Source: a virus (Duplodnaviria > Caudoviricetes). From it: a DNA stretch of 55,519 bases. The stretch lies in the IMG/VR virus record IMGVR_UViG_3300010401_000041, positions 1 to 55,519 of that record; one strand, written 5' to 3'. This document shows positions 1 to 8,846 of the stretch, piece by piece. The position numbers and the translations under genes were made by a program. Numbering within the stretch: position 1 is the first letter of the stretch; the number at the start of each line of letters is the position of its first letter. The notes under the pieces are model-generated. The model was given only the letters and a program-made list of their open reading frames with translations, was not told the origin of the DNA and did not search any database.

Positions 1-129
1 AATATCAGAAGCTATTTTAGAAACGGTCAAAGTAGAAGCCAACTTAATTCAGCAAATGAACCAGACTGCTTCATTTGCTGAATTAAGTTGGCTTCTACTT
101 TGACCGTTTCTAAAATAGCTTCTGATATT
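1..129. repeat. Perfect 60-bp inverted repeat (1-60 / 70-129) with a 9-nt loop at the window edge
   Basis: 1-60 (aatatcag...caaatgaa) is the exact reverse complement of 70-129; the loop is ccagactgc. Confidence 0.97.
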
Positions 130-248
130 TGAACGATGGAACAGGCCTTCTCCGCTTCAAGTTGCTGAATTTCGGTTGTTTCGGCCTTAGAAATCCTATC
201 TAAAGCATCAAACAGGTGTTGGCGTAACGTTGTGATGTTGTTCGACAT
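27..248 (-). CDS. Small phage protein (MSNNITTLRQHLFDAL...); true C-terminus probably lost in the fold-back
   Basis: ATG at 248 lies within ORF 27..404. The LRxHLFxxL...AxxI.ETxKVE pattern resembles a common small phage family; the last ~11 codons come from the mirrored arm. Confidence 0.7.
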   Translation of the reverse strand: MSNNITTLRQHLFDALDRISKAETTEIQQLEAEKACSIVQISEAILETVKVEANLIQQMKQSGSFAELSWLLL

Positions 249-1266
249 ATCTTTTGTATTTGTATTTTTTGTTTTTAAAAGACTGGCATTCTCTGCATTG
301 AGACATTCTTTCTTTGGAGTTTCGATCTTTTTTCCAAAACTCTGATAAGTCTTTTTGTTCTCCGCAAGAGGTACACTCTTTTTTAACTCCAACAGGCTTT
401 CCATTGATTTTTGTTTTTAGTCGGTGTATAAGAATTTCAGCCTTTTTTATTTCAATCAATTCCGAAGTAATTTCACTCTCACTATATCCTTGCGTTTTTA
501 GTAAGTTTAACGCATATCTATCGCTTATTGAATCTCTGTTTTTTTCATGGTATTTTTTCTTACAAACTACCTCCTGTTCATATATTTTATTTTTGTTTTT
601 TTTGATATAAGCCTTCCTAGTTTGCCGTCCCTGTTCGCTATTTCTATATTCCTTAGCCTTTTCTACCATTTCGTCTCTTCGCCTGTGATACCTTTGGTTA
701 GCCCAATTATTATGCTTTTTTTTCCCCTCTTCAGTAGCTCTATCTCTCTTATGCTTATCCCTAGCATACTGACGATCACACGAAAGGCAAGTTGGATTTA
801 AATAATAAGTAGTCCCAGTTTTACCCTTTTGATGTCTGATTCTAAAATGTTGTTGTTGTTTATCTTTTTTACATTTTGTGCATTGCTTTGAAGTTGGCAA
901 TAGTTCTATTGGCCTGCAACTCATAGGGAGAACGCCATTTTGTCTATTTATTTCTAAAGATCGCTCCTTGCCACACTGTTTGCACATATACATCAATCGC
1001 GTTTTACCGTTAGTTGTATAGGTGTAGTATTCTGATTTTTGTTTTTCAATCTTGCACCGAGAACATATTCGGCTTTCTGGGATTATTGGGATAACATTTG
1101 GTTTTGGTAGAATGCCTTTCCTCCTGCGCCAAATAGTCTGTATCTCTCTGGAACAGTCTCGACAATATGAATTTAAATAGACCCTCCCGCTCCTCTTTTG
1201 TTTACCAAAAAGAGAAGAATCAAGTTCTAAATCACATCTTTTACAAATTTTTCTTATTTCCATCAA
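208..1266 (-). CDS. Multi-zinc-finger (repeated CxxC...CxxC) nucleic-acid-binding protein
   Basis: Four CxxC-x~20-CxxC units (CKRC/CRDC, CSRC/CKQC, CTKC/CLSC, CTSC/CREC) plus a basic helical region; no clear HNH catalytic motif. Confidence 0.7.
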   Translation of the reverse strand: MMEIRKICKRCDLELDSSLFGKQKRSGRVYLNSYCRDCSREIQTIWRRRKGILPKPNVIPIIPESRICSRCKIEKQKSEYYTYTTNGKTRLMYMCKQCGKERSLEINRQNGVLPMSCRPIELLPTSKQCTKCKKDKQQQHFRIRHQKGKTGTTYYLNPTCLSCDRQYARDKHKRDRATEEGKKKHNNWANQRYHRRRDEMVEKAKEYRNSEQGRQTRKAYIKKNKNKIYEQEVVCKKKYHEKNRDSISDRYALNLLKTQGYSESEITSELIEIKKAEILIHRLKTKINGKPVGVKKECTSCGEQKDLSEFWKKDRNSKERMSQCRECQSFKNKKYKYKRYVEQHHNVTPTPV

Positions 1267-1607
1267 AATTCAAAAGGTACTTTCATTTGTTTACATATAA
1301 ACTTTATATCTTTCTCGATACCCGATTTTTCATCGTACTCGTCTTTTGATATTTCCCCTGAATTTCTCTGTCTTAATAACCAATCCTTACCCCTTAACTG
1401 AGGAACGTGTTGCTGTATATATCTGAAGGCTCTATCAATATCGGCAGCTAACTTATAACTCACTATAATATCCTTTCCAAAGTCTTTACGATAATACTTT
1501 TCAATTATGTGTTTAATTGTGTCGTATCGCTCATCCCGGTAATCCGGCTCTTCTGTGAATAATTTAATTATTTGTGCTATAAGTTCTCTTTTAAAATACA
1601 TGGGCAT
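1263..1607 (-). CDS. Hypothetical protein
   Basis: 114-aa ORF coupled to the next gene by a 4-nt overlap. Confidence 0.75.
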   Translation of the reverse strand: MPMYFKRELIAQIIKLFTEEPDYRDERYDTIKHIIEKYYRKDFGKDIIVSYKLAADIDRAFRYIQQHVPQLRGKDWLLRQRNSGEISKDEYDEKSGIEKDIKFICKQMKVPFEF

Positions 1608-1612
1608 ATTAT

Positions 1613-3463
1613 TTAAAATGGTAATTCAGTTTGACTAAGCGATCTTTTATATTCATCAGTCACCAAGTTGGGGTCACAAAAAATTTCGTTTGTTATTGGA
1701 TTACAAAATCTTTTTCTACTCCAAATCATTTTCAATGCAAAGTTTCCTAACTGTCCTCCTGTTCTTCTCCTTTTCACTTTCTGCACATAAATTTCAACGT
1801 CAGGTGAAGTTTTGTCGGAGTGGTGATTTGGTCTGTGATAAGAAATGATATTATCCGCTTTGTTGCCCCACATAGCCCCTCCCGCTACATCATAAACGTC
1901 CACAGGGGGCAAAGATTTATCCTGATTTCTTTGAGGCTTTACAGGGTGTGAAATGATGTTGTAGCACACTGAATTTAGCAACGCAAATCTTTTAATGTTT
2001 TTCAGTACTTCGGACAGATATTGATCTTCTCTTTGATATGCTTTAAATGTATGGTCAAGTTGATTGAATGGATCAATCATTACCCCGTCAACCCCTTTTT
2101 TCATCACTAAGTATCTAAACTTTTCGTGAATAGAACTAACATCGTGTTCATCTTCTGGGTAAACATAAAAGAAATGGTTGCTGATAAAATAACAGGCATC
2201 CACATATTCCTTCTCTGTTAAGTCTGTCAACCATTTTCCGCAATACATCTCAACTATATCGTCGTAAAAATCATTCGCGGGATAATTCTCTGGGCTGAAT
2301 ATTGCCCACTTCCAGCCGTCAAAAATAGATTTAGTCAGCATTAATTGGATTGCAAACGTTGTTTTACCGTAGTTAGCATATCCCGTAAACAAATTTATTT
2401 CTCCTTTTTTCCATCTAAAATAATCGTCCATTATTCCAAAGTGTGTTGTTGGTGCTAATTCAACTCCCCTTTTAAAGTTATCAAACATGCCGGGAAAAAT
2501 ATCTTCCAGATAATAAACTCCGTCAACCGGGATTGATTCGGCATTTAAAACACAATTAATCAATACGTCTTTTCCCAAATACATTAAAATCTCATTGAAA
2601 TCTTTACATCTTCTTTTAGTGCTTGAAGCTAACGGTACTGCTTCCTCTATTGGATAAGAAACAATCTTGCATCTTTCAATACCTAATCGTCTTACCAACT
2701 CCTCTTTAAGCATTTTACCAGCATCATCATTATCGGTAGCAATAATAAATTCGTGAATACCAATAAGCCAATCGGAACAACTATCTAAGTATTCCATTCG
2801 TTGCTGTCCTTTGCTCGCACCATTTGGAACTGAAACAACTGCGTAATCGGCAAAAGGAATGTCTGAGTCAGTTATATTGTCATTCCCAAAACCGGCTTCA
2901 TAAGCACTCATGCAATCAATTTCGCCTTCCGTAATGATGACTTTCTTTTTTTCTCCAATAGTATTCAGATTGAAAAGGATTAACTCTGCGTCCTTAACTA
3001 ATTTAAAATTCTTTTTCCCGTCACGGTATTTAACGTTTACGAGTTCACCATCTCTAAAATATGGGAAACAGATTACGGCCTCATTCTTTGCTGTTTGCGG
3101 CATAAACTCATCCTTTCGGAAAATCATAAATTTATCCAGCGTCTCTTTTGATATAGACCGCTTACTAAACCAAGAAACCATTGTATCGGTCTGAATGATA
3201 CTGCGAATAATATTTGGATCAGGTCGTTCATATTTCTTTTTTGCCTCTTTTCTTTCAAAACTTCTAACATTACCCTTCCAGCCACAATTATGGCAATTAT
3301 ACTCTCCTGTATTGATGTTTACTGATAATGGCATATCGGCCTTATTTTTTCTTCCATCACTGCACTTTGGGCATTTTGTTTTTTCATTCCCACTACGCCG
3401 CTTCAGTTTAATTCCTAAGTCAAATAATTTATCGTAATACATTAGACTAAAATTTTGAATCAA
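1613..3463 (-). CDS. Bifunctional DNA primase-helicase (Twinkle/T7 gp4-like)
   Basis: N-terminal Zn finger (CPKC...CHNC), TOPRIM motifs (ITEGEID, SVPNGA, ATDND), SF4 helicase Walker A GYANYGKTT, IDPFN and GGAMWGNKAD. The start may be slightly downstream (MYYDK). Confidence 0.93.
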   Translation of the reverse strand: MIQNFSLMYYDKLFDLGIKLKRRSGNEKTKCPKCSDGRKNKADMPLSVNINTGEYNCHNCGWKGNVRSFERKEAKKKYERPDPNIIRSIIQTDTMVSWFSKRSISKETLDKFMIFRKDEFMPQTAKNEAVICFPYFRDGELVNVKYRDGKKNFKLVKDAELILFNLNTIGEKKKVIITEGEIDCMSAYEAGFGNDNITDSDIPFADYAVVSVPNGASKGQQRMEYLDSCSDWLIGIHEFIIATDNDDAGKMLKEELVRRLGIERCKIVSYPIEEAVPLASSTKRRCKDFNEILMYLGKDVLINCVLNAESIPVDGVYYLEDIFPGMFDNFKRGVELAPTTHFGIMDDYFRWKKGEINLFTGYANYGKTTFAIQLMLTKSIFDGWKWAIFSPENYPANDFYDDIVEMYCGKWLTDLTEKEYVDACYFISNHFFYVYPEDEHDVSSIHEKFRYLVMKKGVDGVMIDPFNQLDHTFKAYQREDQYLSEVLKNIKRFALLNSVCYNIISHPVKPQRNQDKSLPPVDVYDVAGGAMWGNKADNIISYHRPNHHSDKTSPDVEIYVQKVKRRRTGGQLGNFALKMIWSRKRFCNPITNEIFCDPNLVTDEYKRSLSQTELPF

Positions 3464-3999
3464 TATGATGATCCGTATGTGATTAAATGCGGTTTTAGCT
3501 TTCCTTGTAGAGCTAAAGCCCTTTGTTCTTCTCCCAATTCCTGAGTTGTTCCATCTTGAAAAATGACTGATCCCATATCAGGCGAAAAATTTAAACCTAC
3601 TTTCCTTTCCTTTCCTTTCCTTTCCTTTGCATTGGGGGGGCTATGGCCTCCCCATCTTTTTCTAGCACCCTCTGACCCGTTATCGGACAGTGTTTTTCTT
3701 AGTTTTTTATGCTCTAAAAGCCTCTTACTGAACAAGTAGTCTTCTTCTTCATAAAACAATTCCAGAACGATACAGAGCGAAATTATTTCTCTTAGCCTAT
3801 CTATAGCCACCCCATAGCCAAGCGATAGCCCCCCTATGTATGTTTTTTTTATTCCACCGTTGTCCGTCTCTGCCATTGTCTCAATAACCATCCAGAAAAT
3901 ACCGTAACCTTCTGCCCCATATTTTGCCCGTAATTCTAATATTCGTTCGTCATTTCTGGCGTTATAGTCGTGACTGAAATAGTATGAATCTTTAGCCAT
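3460..3999 (-). CDS. Phage replication initiator-like protein (DUF4373/Lin1244-type N-terminal domain)
   Basis: YYFSHDYNARNDERI..LRAKYGAEGYGIFW signature, later S.RL and GxxGAxKRW; adjacent to the primase-helicase. Confidence 0.82.
   Translation of the reverse strand: MAKDSYYFSHDYNARNDERILELRAKYGAEGYGIFWMVIETMAETDNGGIKKTYIGGLSLGYGVAIDRLREIISLCIVLELFYEEEDYLFSKRLLEHKKLRKTLSDNGSEGARKRWGGHSPPNAKERKGKERKVGLNFSPDMGSVIFQDGTTQELGEEQRALALQGKLKPHLITYGSSY
3601..3837. repeat. Candidate replication origin: (TTTCC)x5 tract plus iteron-like repeats inside the initiator gene
   Basis: TTTCC x5 at 3601-3625; ctatggcctccccat 3641-3655; ctatagccaccccat 3801-3815; cgatagcccccctat 3823-3837; inverted partial copy ggggggctat 3635-3644. 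Confidence 0.5.
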
Positions 4000-4390
4000 T
4001 CTGTTTTTGTTTCCGAGATTTGTAATAGGTGTCCATTTCTTTCTTCATGAATCCTCGCAACCTAACTACAAAATCTGGAACTTTTTCACTAAGGACACAT
4101 AGTTGAGCCACTAAATGAATTAGTGGTGGATTTTCTTTTATAAGATCAATCAAACATTCTCGAAGGGTATTCCCGATTAGATGTTCTGTGTTATGGCAGA
4201 TTTCGCAGTAAGTAATTAACGCTTCATCCTTGTAATCCCATAAAGGAGTGCCAGTAATATAAAAAATGTGATGTGCGTGAAGAGTTATATCCTTTGACCC
4301 ACAAGATTGACAAGTATGATTATCTCTTGCTAATATTTCAGCCTTTCTCTTTTGCCACAATGGGTGTAATAGCATTTCATCGTAAGTCAT
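3992..4390 (-). CDS. HNH endonuclease family protein
   Basis: WQKRKAEILARD..TCQSCG...LHAHH..Y...W.Y....LITYCEICHN pattern. Confidence 0.85.
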   Translation of the reverse strand: MTYDEMLLHPLWQKRKAEILARDNHTCQSCGSKDITLHAHHIFYITGTPLWDYKDEALITYCEICHNTEHLIGNTLRECLIDLIKENPPLIHLVAQLCVLSEKVPDFVVRLRGFMKKEMDTYYKSRKQKQNG

Positions 4391-4415
4391 CCTACAGTCT
4401 TTAATTGGATGGATA

Positions 4416-4450
4416 AAATAACAAAACCCGAGCGCGGTAAAGCGTCGGGT
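4416..4450 (-). terminator. Rho-independent terminator/attenuator upstream of the replication genes
   Basis: Stem ACCCGA (4426-4431) / TCGGGT (4445-4450), followed on the minus strand by TTTTGTTATTTT. Confidence 0.55.
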
Positions 4451-4641
4451 ATGTTAGCGTTTTGACGAAAAATTATATTCTATGGGAGTGCCAGAAGTTG
4501 GCAACAAAGAATAAGCAAATATAATGCAAATGTTTTGACCCATGAAAAAATATAAAATTTAATCGAACGCGAAACGAAGCTAATAATTAAAAATTAATAT
4601 AACAACACAGAGTACAGGATTTATTTTTCAACAGGGGTGAT

Positions 4642-4815
4642 TTAATCGCCAAAAAGCCACCCTAAGAGATAAGTTAGTCCCACAGTTAGTATCATACCTA
4701 TAAGCAAGATGGCAATACCTTCCACACCATCTGTATGATATACAGTACAAAAAGACAAGGTTCCTAACCCGACTAAGATTAACACGCCTAGTATCTTTTT
4801 TATCTTCTTTGCCAT
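4642..4815 (-). CDS. Small two-TM membrane protein (57 aa, not in the ORF track)
   Basis: Hand translation: MAKKIKKILGVLILVGLGTLSFCTVYHTDGVEGIAILLIGMILTVGLTYLLGWLFGD*; it fills the gap in the leftward operon. Confidence 0.7.
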   Translation of the reverse strand: MAKKIKKILGVLILVGLGTLSFCTVYHTDGVEGIAILLIGMILTVGLTYLLGWLFGD

Positions 4816-4828
4816 GTGGGTCTATTTT

Positions 4829-5152
4829 TTACCAAAACATTTTCATTATATCTTGCTGTGTTGCTTGTTCTTTTGCCAACTGATCTTTCATCCCCTGAAT
4901 CTCTTTTAAGCTCTCTACAAAATTAATCAGCAGGGTTAAAGACTCCGATTGCTTTCGGATGATTCTTGGCTTTAATGGATTGTAGAGAGGATTCAAGACC
5001 GCTGCCGAATCTTCAAAAGAGGCTTGTTTCCTGAATTCCTCTGCTACTTCTTTTGCATAATCCAAATCCATTGACAAAATAAAAGGCTTCATCATTTCTA
5101 TTACCATAGCTAGTTCTTCAGCCTTCCCGTAATCTTCAAGTTTATTGCTCAT
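4829..5152 (-). CDS. Hypothetical protein
   Basis: 107-aa helical ORF in the leftward operon. Confidence 0.7.
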   Translation of the reverse strand: MSNKLEDYGKAEELAMVIEMMKPFILSMDLDYAKEVAEEFRKQASFEDSAAVLNPLYNPLKPRIIRKQSESLTLLINFVESLKEIQGMKDQLAKEQATQQDIMKMFW

Positions 5153-5188
5153 GTAGGTCTATTTTATTTTAGTTACCAGAGGTTTGTC

Positions 5189-5884
5189 TTAAATGTTTAT
5201 TGTTAGAATAGCTGGATTTACAACCCCTTCTTTATCTTCAGAAACGCCATATTCTTTGTTGTGCCACTTCCTTAACTCTTCACCATGTTTCCAAAAACGG
5301 GCTAGGGCTTGAACTGCACATCCGTACATAAATCCGGTAATACCTAAGAAATTAAGTCCTTCCTGTGAAGAATCTGCAATGTCTTTTACGGAATGGCCTT
5401 TGGCGATTTCTATTTGCATCAACTTAGCCCAAAATTCTGCGTAATCAACAACACCGCGACTGTAACCATCATGACTGTTTTTTTCAACGTAGGCTTTATA
5501 CTCTTCTTCCATTCCGTGATTAATTTCAAGTACAATATCTTTAACCAAGGCTTCGCAAGCATCTCTTTCTATCTTATCAGCGGCTTCAATTTCCTTTCGT
5601 CTGTTTTCTGCTTTAAGTTCTTTTTCAGCGCGTCTTTTGTCTATTTCCTGCTGCAATTCGATGGGATAGGTTTCAACGCATTTTGGCCCGATTTCTTTCC
5701 AATCCATAATCCATGCAGTAGAGTAATCTCTACTAAGCCAATCAAGGTTTGTGGTTTCGTCAACAAAAACTTTAATGCCGTTAAATTCAAAATCTACTAT
5801 CTCAAATCTGTCTGTCATTCGTTTTGCCTGTTTACAGGTATCGGAAAGGGTGTCCCCGGCCCCGGTTCTAAGTGTTGTGTTCAT
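5189..5884 (-). CDS. Phage hypothetical protein
   Basis: 231 aa; C-terminal D.YS..VV.YAE.WA.LMQ...GITGFMYGCAV..L..FW.HGEELRKWHN block resembles a phage family of unknown function. Confidence 0.8.
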   Translation of the reverse strand: MNTTLRTGAGDTLSDTCKQAKRMTDRFEIVDFEFNGIKVFVDETTNLDWLSRDYSTAWIMDWKEIGPKCVETYPIELQQEIDKRRAEKELKAENRRKEIEAADKIERDACEALVKDIVLEINHGMEEEYKAYVEKNSHDGYSRGVVDYAEFWAKLMQIEIAKGHSVKDIADSSQEGLNFLGITGFMYGCAVQALARFWKHGEELRKWHNKEYGVSEDKEGVVNPAILTINI

Positions 5885-5889
5885 TATTA

Positions 5890-6390
5890 TTATTTTAATG
5901 TTGAATATACAAGGTCATTAAGCTTTCCATACAACTTGTGCTTTCTTTCTTCAAGGGATACAAGAGGCAAAACATTCAATAGCTTTTCCTTAATTATCTC
6001 CCATTCCTTACTGTCTTTTATAAACTCCCAAGTTATCATTCCGTTGTCAAAATTGGTATGGCACGAGTTATTATAAAAGCATAATTCAATTATACAGTCC
6101 GGATTTGTTGCCACACTCTTGAAAATTTTCTTAGGGAGCAAATGCGCTAATGAGAAATGAAACTTTTCGTCGTCTCCCTTCATTGTCGGCCCCCCACAAA
6201 ACAAACATTTATTTTTCATCCCCTTGCGTAAAGACCGAAAGAACAAGTCCATTTCACTATCGCCTCCCCTTTTCTTTCCCTCTTCTATCTCCCTTTGCTT
6301 TTTGGGGGAGACTTTGGGGATGCGATAGACCTTTTTCACCTTTGGTAATTTGGCTTGCTCCTTCATTCGTCTTATTTCTTCTAGACCCAT
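5890..6390 (-). CDS. HNH/NinG-like nuclease
   Basis: CLFCG...AHLLPK...N....ELC...CHTNFD metal-finger pattern. Confidence 0.65.
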   Translation of the reverse strand: MGLEEIRRMKEQAKLPKVKKVYRIPKVSPKKQREIEEGKKRGGDSEMDLFFRSLRKGMKNKCLFCGGPTMKGDDEKFHFSLAHLLPKKIFKSVATNPDCIIELCFYNNSCHTNFDNGMITWEFIKDSKEWEIIKEKLLNVLPLVSLEERKHKLYGKLNDLVYSTLK

Positions 6391-6394
6391 TTAT

Positions 6395-6688
6395 TTACTT
6401 TTTACCGTAATCCATTACATATTTCTTCGCCCCCTCCCTATCATTTGTCCAATCTTCACCACCCCAATCACCGGTAACGGGGCCGTTTACTTTATCAATC
6501 ATTATACAGATTAGTTCTTTTTGGCGTGGCGTGTCCTTTTGCATCATTGCGCTGAATGATGAACCTATTTTATCATACTCCTGCAAAGCTTCAAATGCTT
6601 CTGGACTATCTTCAAAACACCATCCCTTTAATGTCCCCCATTTCAACAATAGGAAATCTTTGCTGCCCTTTTTTGTTTTTTTGCTCAT
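6395..6688 (-). CDS. Hypothetical protein
   Basis: 97-aa ORF tightly packed in the operon (LKWGTLKGW motif). Confidence 0.75.
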   Translation of the reverse strand: MSKKTKKGSKDFLLLKWGTLKGWCFEDSPEAFEALQEYDKIGSSFSAMMQKDTPRQKELICIMIDKVNGPVTGDWGGEDWTNDREGAKKYVMDYGKK

Positions 6689-6691
6689 TAC

Positions 6692-7675
6692 TTAGTAGTT
6701 TAATCTGTCCTTAACTAATTGTTTTAAGCCTTTCGTTTCTACGATATAAAACTCAGCCCTGTTCCGGCTGCAATTATTTGAAGTGTTTGCAATTCTGGCC
6801 GAAACATCAGCATCTAATGACTTAACATCATTTACGCTAAGACACGGTTTATTCATTATCACGTAATCATTGGCTGCTTGTTCTGTACTGAAGTATAAAA
6901 AAGACGATTCGGGCTGTGGAGTAGATTTCCCGTCAGATACATTAACCCACGCAAGAGTTTCTTTTGGGACATAGGCATAACGATCACCCTCAAATATATT
7001 CTTCCTATCCTCGGTAATAAATCTCGGCTCTTTTTCTACTGTAGTAAGAGAAGATTTAATTTTTTTTCTTTTAAAGAGCCATTCTCTAATTTCGGCAGAT
7101 TCGGTTAACCACTCTTCGGGGATGTTTTTATGATATTCTACATATCTGCTCATTGCGGTATCAATTTCTTTTAACCTTTCCTCCTTCCATATCCACTCAG
7201 GCATAATACCTATGGGCGGCCGCTCTACACTAGGAGAAGGGGCTTTGATTAAGTAGGAAATGGATGCGGATGTTAATTCTCTGCCGGAAAATGGAATGAA
7301 TAAAGCGCAGATTGACCCACCCTTCATTTCCCATCCGTCTATTACAAATGTTCCTTTTTCTCCATGAACACTAACAACATCTTTGGTTGCCCATATAGTG
7401 CTATCACTAATACGTTTTACTGAATGAATATTGAAGTTTTTACAATTTAAAATATCTGGTAGTGTCCACGGATTTTTATTTGGATAATTCACTCCCCAAT
7501 AATAACAACCTCTCTTCTCGTCTAAATTTAAGAAAGAAATGTGGGTGTCGCTATGCTTATACTTAAAAGATATTATTTCCCAACCCCTCCCCTCACTAGA
7601 AGAAGAAACAGGGCTTTTAGGAACCAACTCATACTCCTTTCCGTCTATTGTTATTGTAGTGGGAAGATTGCTCAT
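6692..7675 (-). CDS. Hypothetical mosaic protein; first gene of the leftward operon
   Basis: 327 aa, containing an internal PPIGIMPEWIWKEERL..I..A..RY....IPEEW module. Confidence 0.75.
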   Translation of the reverse strand: MSNLPTTITIDGKEYELVPKSPVSSSSEGRGWEIISFKYKHSDTHISFLNLDEKRGCYYWGVNYPNKNPWTLPDILNCKNFNIHSVKRISDSTIWATKDVVSVHGEKGTFVIDGWEMKGGSICALFIPFSGRELTSASISYLIKAPSPSVERPPIGIMPEWIWKEERLKEIDTAMSRYVEYHKNIPEEWLTESAEIREWLFKRKKIKSSLTTVEKEPRFITEDRKNIFEGDRYAYVPKETLAWVNVSDGKSTPQPESSFLYFSTEQAANDYVIMNKPCLSVNDVKSLDADVSARIANTSNNCSRNRAEFYIVETKGLKQLVKDRLNY

Positions 7676-7680
7676 GGGAA

Positions 7681-7711
7681 CAAATGTAACGCTTTCGGTG
7701 ATACCGACAAA
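7681..7711 (-). promoter_or_regulatory. Bacteroidota sigma-70 promoter (leftward)
   Basis: Minus strand TTTG (7711-7708)-19 nt-TACATTTG (7688-7681) matches the -33/-7 consensus; the ATG is 5 nt downstream. Confidence 0.8.
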
Positions 7712-7748
7712 TATTTTTTGAAAAATTATTTTGAAATACGGTGATACC
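7695..7748. promoter_or_regulatory. Two operator-like sites CGGTGATACC, one in each promoter spacer
   Basis: Identical 10-mer at 7696-7705 and 7739-7748; the first lies in the palindrome TCGGT-GAT-ACCGA (7695-7707). Confidence 0.65.
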
Positions 7749-7760
7749 AGACTATTTTAG
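7730..7760 (+). promoter_or_regulatory. Bacteroidota sigma-70 promoter (rightward)
   Basis: TTTG (7730-7733)-19 nt-TATTTTAG (7753-7760), one mismatch to TAnnTTTG; ATG at 7765. Confidence 0.65.
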
Positions 7761-7764
7761 CGAA

Positions 7765-7932
7765 ATGATTTCAAAGAGGACTAAGAAAAAAGTATTACAA
7801 GGAAAGTATATAAAAGTCAATCCTGACGTATTGGATGAGATAAAGAAACAAGTGAAGAAGAAAAAATTCCCTTCGGAGAATAATGCCATCAACACCACTT
7901 TGGAAAAAGAATTTTTAAAACAAATTAATTGA
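7765..7932 (+). CDS. Small ribbon-helix-helix (Arc/CopG-like) DNA-binding protein
   Basis: Basic strand KYIKVN, helix PDVLDEIKKQV, turn, SENNAINTTL helix; directly downstream of the divergent promoters. Confidence 0.6.
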   Translation: MISKRTKKKVLQGKYIKVNPDVLDEIKKQVKKKKFPSENNAINTTLEKEFLKQIN

Positions 7933-8303
7933 CTAGTAAACTAATGGGAGAGATGCTAAATAAAATGTTGGAAGGGGCTTCGGAAGTTAAGAGGCGTTCG
8001 GCTTATTTGCGGGATAAATCTTCATTCTATCCAAAAATTTATTCAGAGAAGTTTGGCGATGAGTTGTATTTAAGCACAATAGTAAGAGTGAATAGAAACG
8101 GTATTTGGTATGATATTCACCATATCGAATGTACGACAGATTCAAATTATTCTAAAACCTACGAACGACTAATTGAATCGGTTTACTTTGCAATGTTGTT
8201 TTTTGTCCCAAGTGAAATATTTCATGAATCAAAAGTTCAAATATTGGAACAGGAAAGAGTTGAGAAAGATTATCCGTATCTAGCATCATTAAACAAACAA
8301 TAA
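7929..8303 (+). CDS. Hypothetical protein
   Basis: 124-aa ORF; TTG start overlaps the upstream stop. Confidence 0.65.
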   Translation: MTSKLMGEMLNKMLEGASEVKRRSAYLRDKSSFYPKIYSEKFGDELYLSTIVRVNRNGIWYDIHHIECTTDSNYSKTYERLIESVYFAMLFFVPSEIFHESKVQILEQERVEKDYPYLASLNKQ

Positions 8304-8322
8304 AGAGATGGGAGGCCATTAA

Positions 8323-8646
8323 ATGAAAAGAGGCAACTTTTTAAAACTTATTGCCACAATGGTTGTCGCTCCCACTTTAATGGGAGAAGTAGAACTTAAG
8401 CCTTTTGTAGAAGATGCGCCTATAAGTTCGTTTGATGGAGATAGGATAAGGATTCATACAGAGGAAACATTAAAATGTAGGATTGGCGATCTGATTAAAT
8501 CAGATATGGGAGATGCGGCAGTAATAATTTCAATAGTTCATAATGATAAATCTTTCCTTGAATGTAGACCTGTTTGTAAGGGGAGGTATCGATATAAAAA
8601 ATTAACGGAGTTCCATACGTTTGCAAGAGCGTTTATAGAAAATTAA
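8323..8646 (+). CDS. Hypothetical protein with a Tat-like N-terminus
   Basis: MKRGNFLK followed by a hydrophobic stretch. Confidence 0.65.
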   Translation: MKRGNFLKLIATMVVAPTLMGEVELKPFVEDAPISSFDGDRIRIHTEETLKCRIGDLIKSDMGDAAVIISIVHNDKSFLECRPVCKGRYRYKKLTEFHTFARAFIEN

Positions 8647-8663
8647 TTATTAAAAACAACATC

Positions 8664-8846
8664 ATGTCAAAAGAAAAGAAGCCTAAAACCCTCCAAGACA
8701 TATTCTCTGACTACAAGTCTCTTCCTTTATCGGATAGAATTAACTTTGTAATCGCAGCAAAAGAAGAACTAGACGCACAACTATCCGAAAGTCAAGCAAC
8801 AGTTGATTCGATTAAGTCTGCAAAAGAGAAACTTAATGGGAAATGA
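8664..8846 (+). CDS. Small coiled-coil hypothetical protein
   Basis: 60-aa ORF coupled to the next gene. Confidence 0.65.
   Translation: MSKEKKPKTLQDIFSDYKSLPLSDRINFVIAAKEELDAQLSESQATVDSIKSAKEKLNGK

Noticed and set aside
4500-4610. Additional minus-strand promoters before the replication genes (TATATTTG 4516-4523; TTG-N20-TAGCTTCG 4575-4605)
   Set aside because: Each is only a partial consensus match in very AT-rich DNA; plausible but not supportable.
5393-6076. 227-aa plus-strand ORF and the many other antisense ORFs in the track
   Set aside because: They overlap better-supported genes on the opposite strand and have the Phe/Ser/Leu-rich composition of shadow frames.
7696-7748. Similarity of CGGTGATA to the lambda operator half-site TATCACCG
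   Set aside because: An 8-nt match, and no CI/Cro-type HTH-peptidase repressor is nearby; probably coincidental.
8323-8390. Functional Tat signal
   Set aside because: KRGNFLK lacks the twin arginine and the h-region is short; too weak to call.
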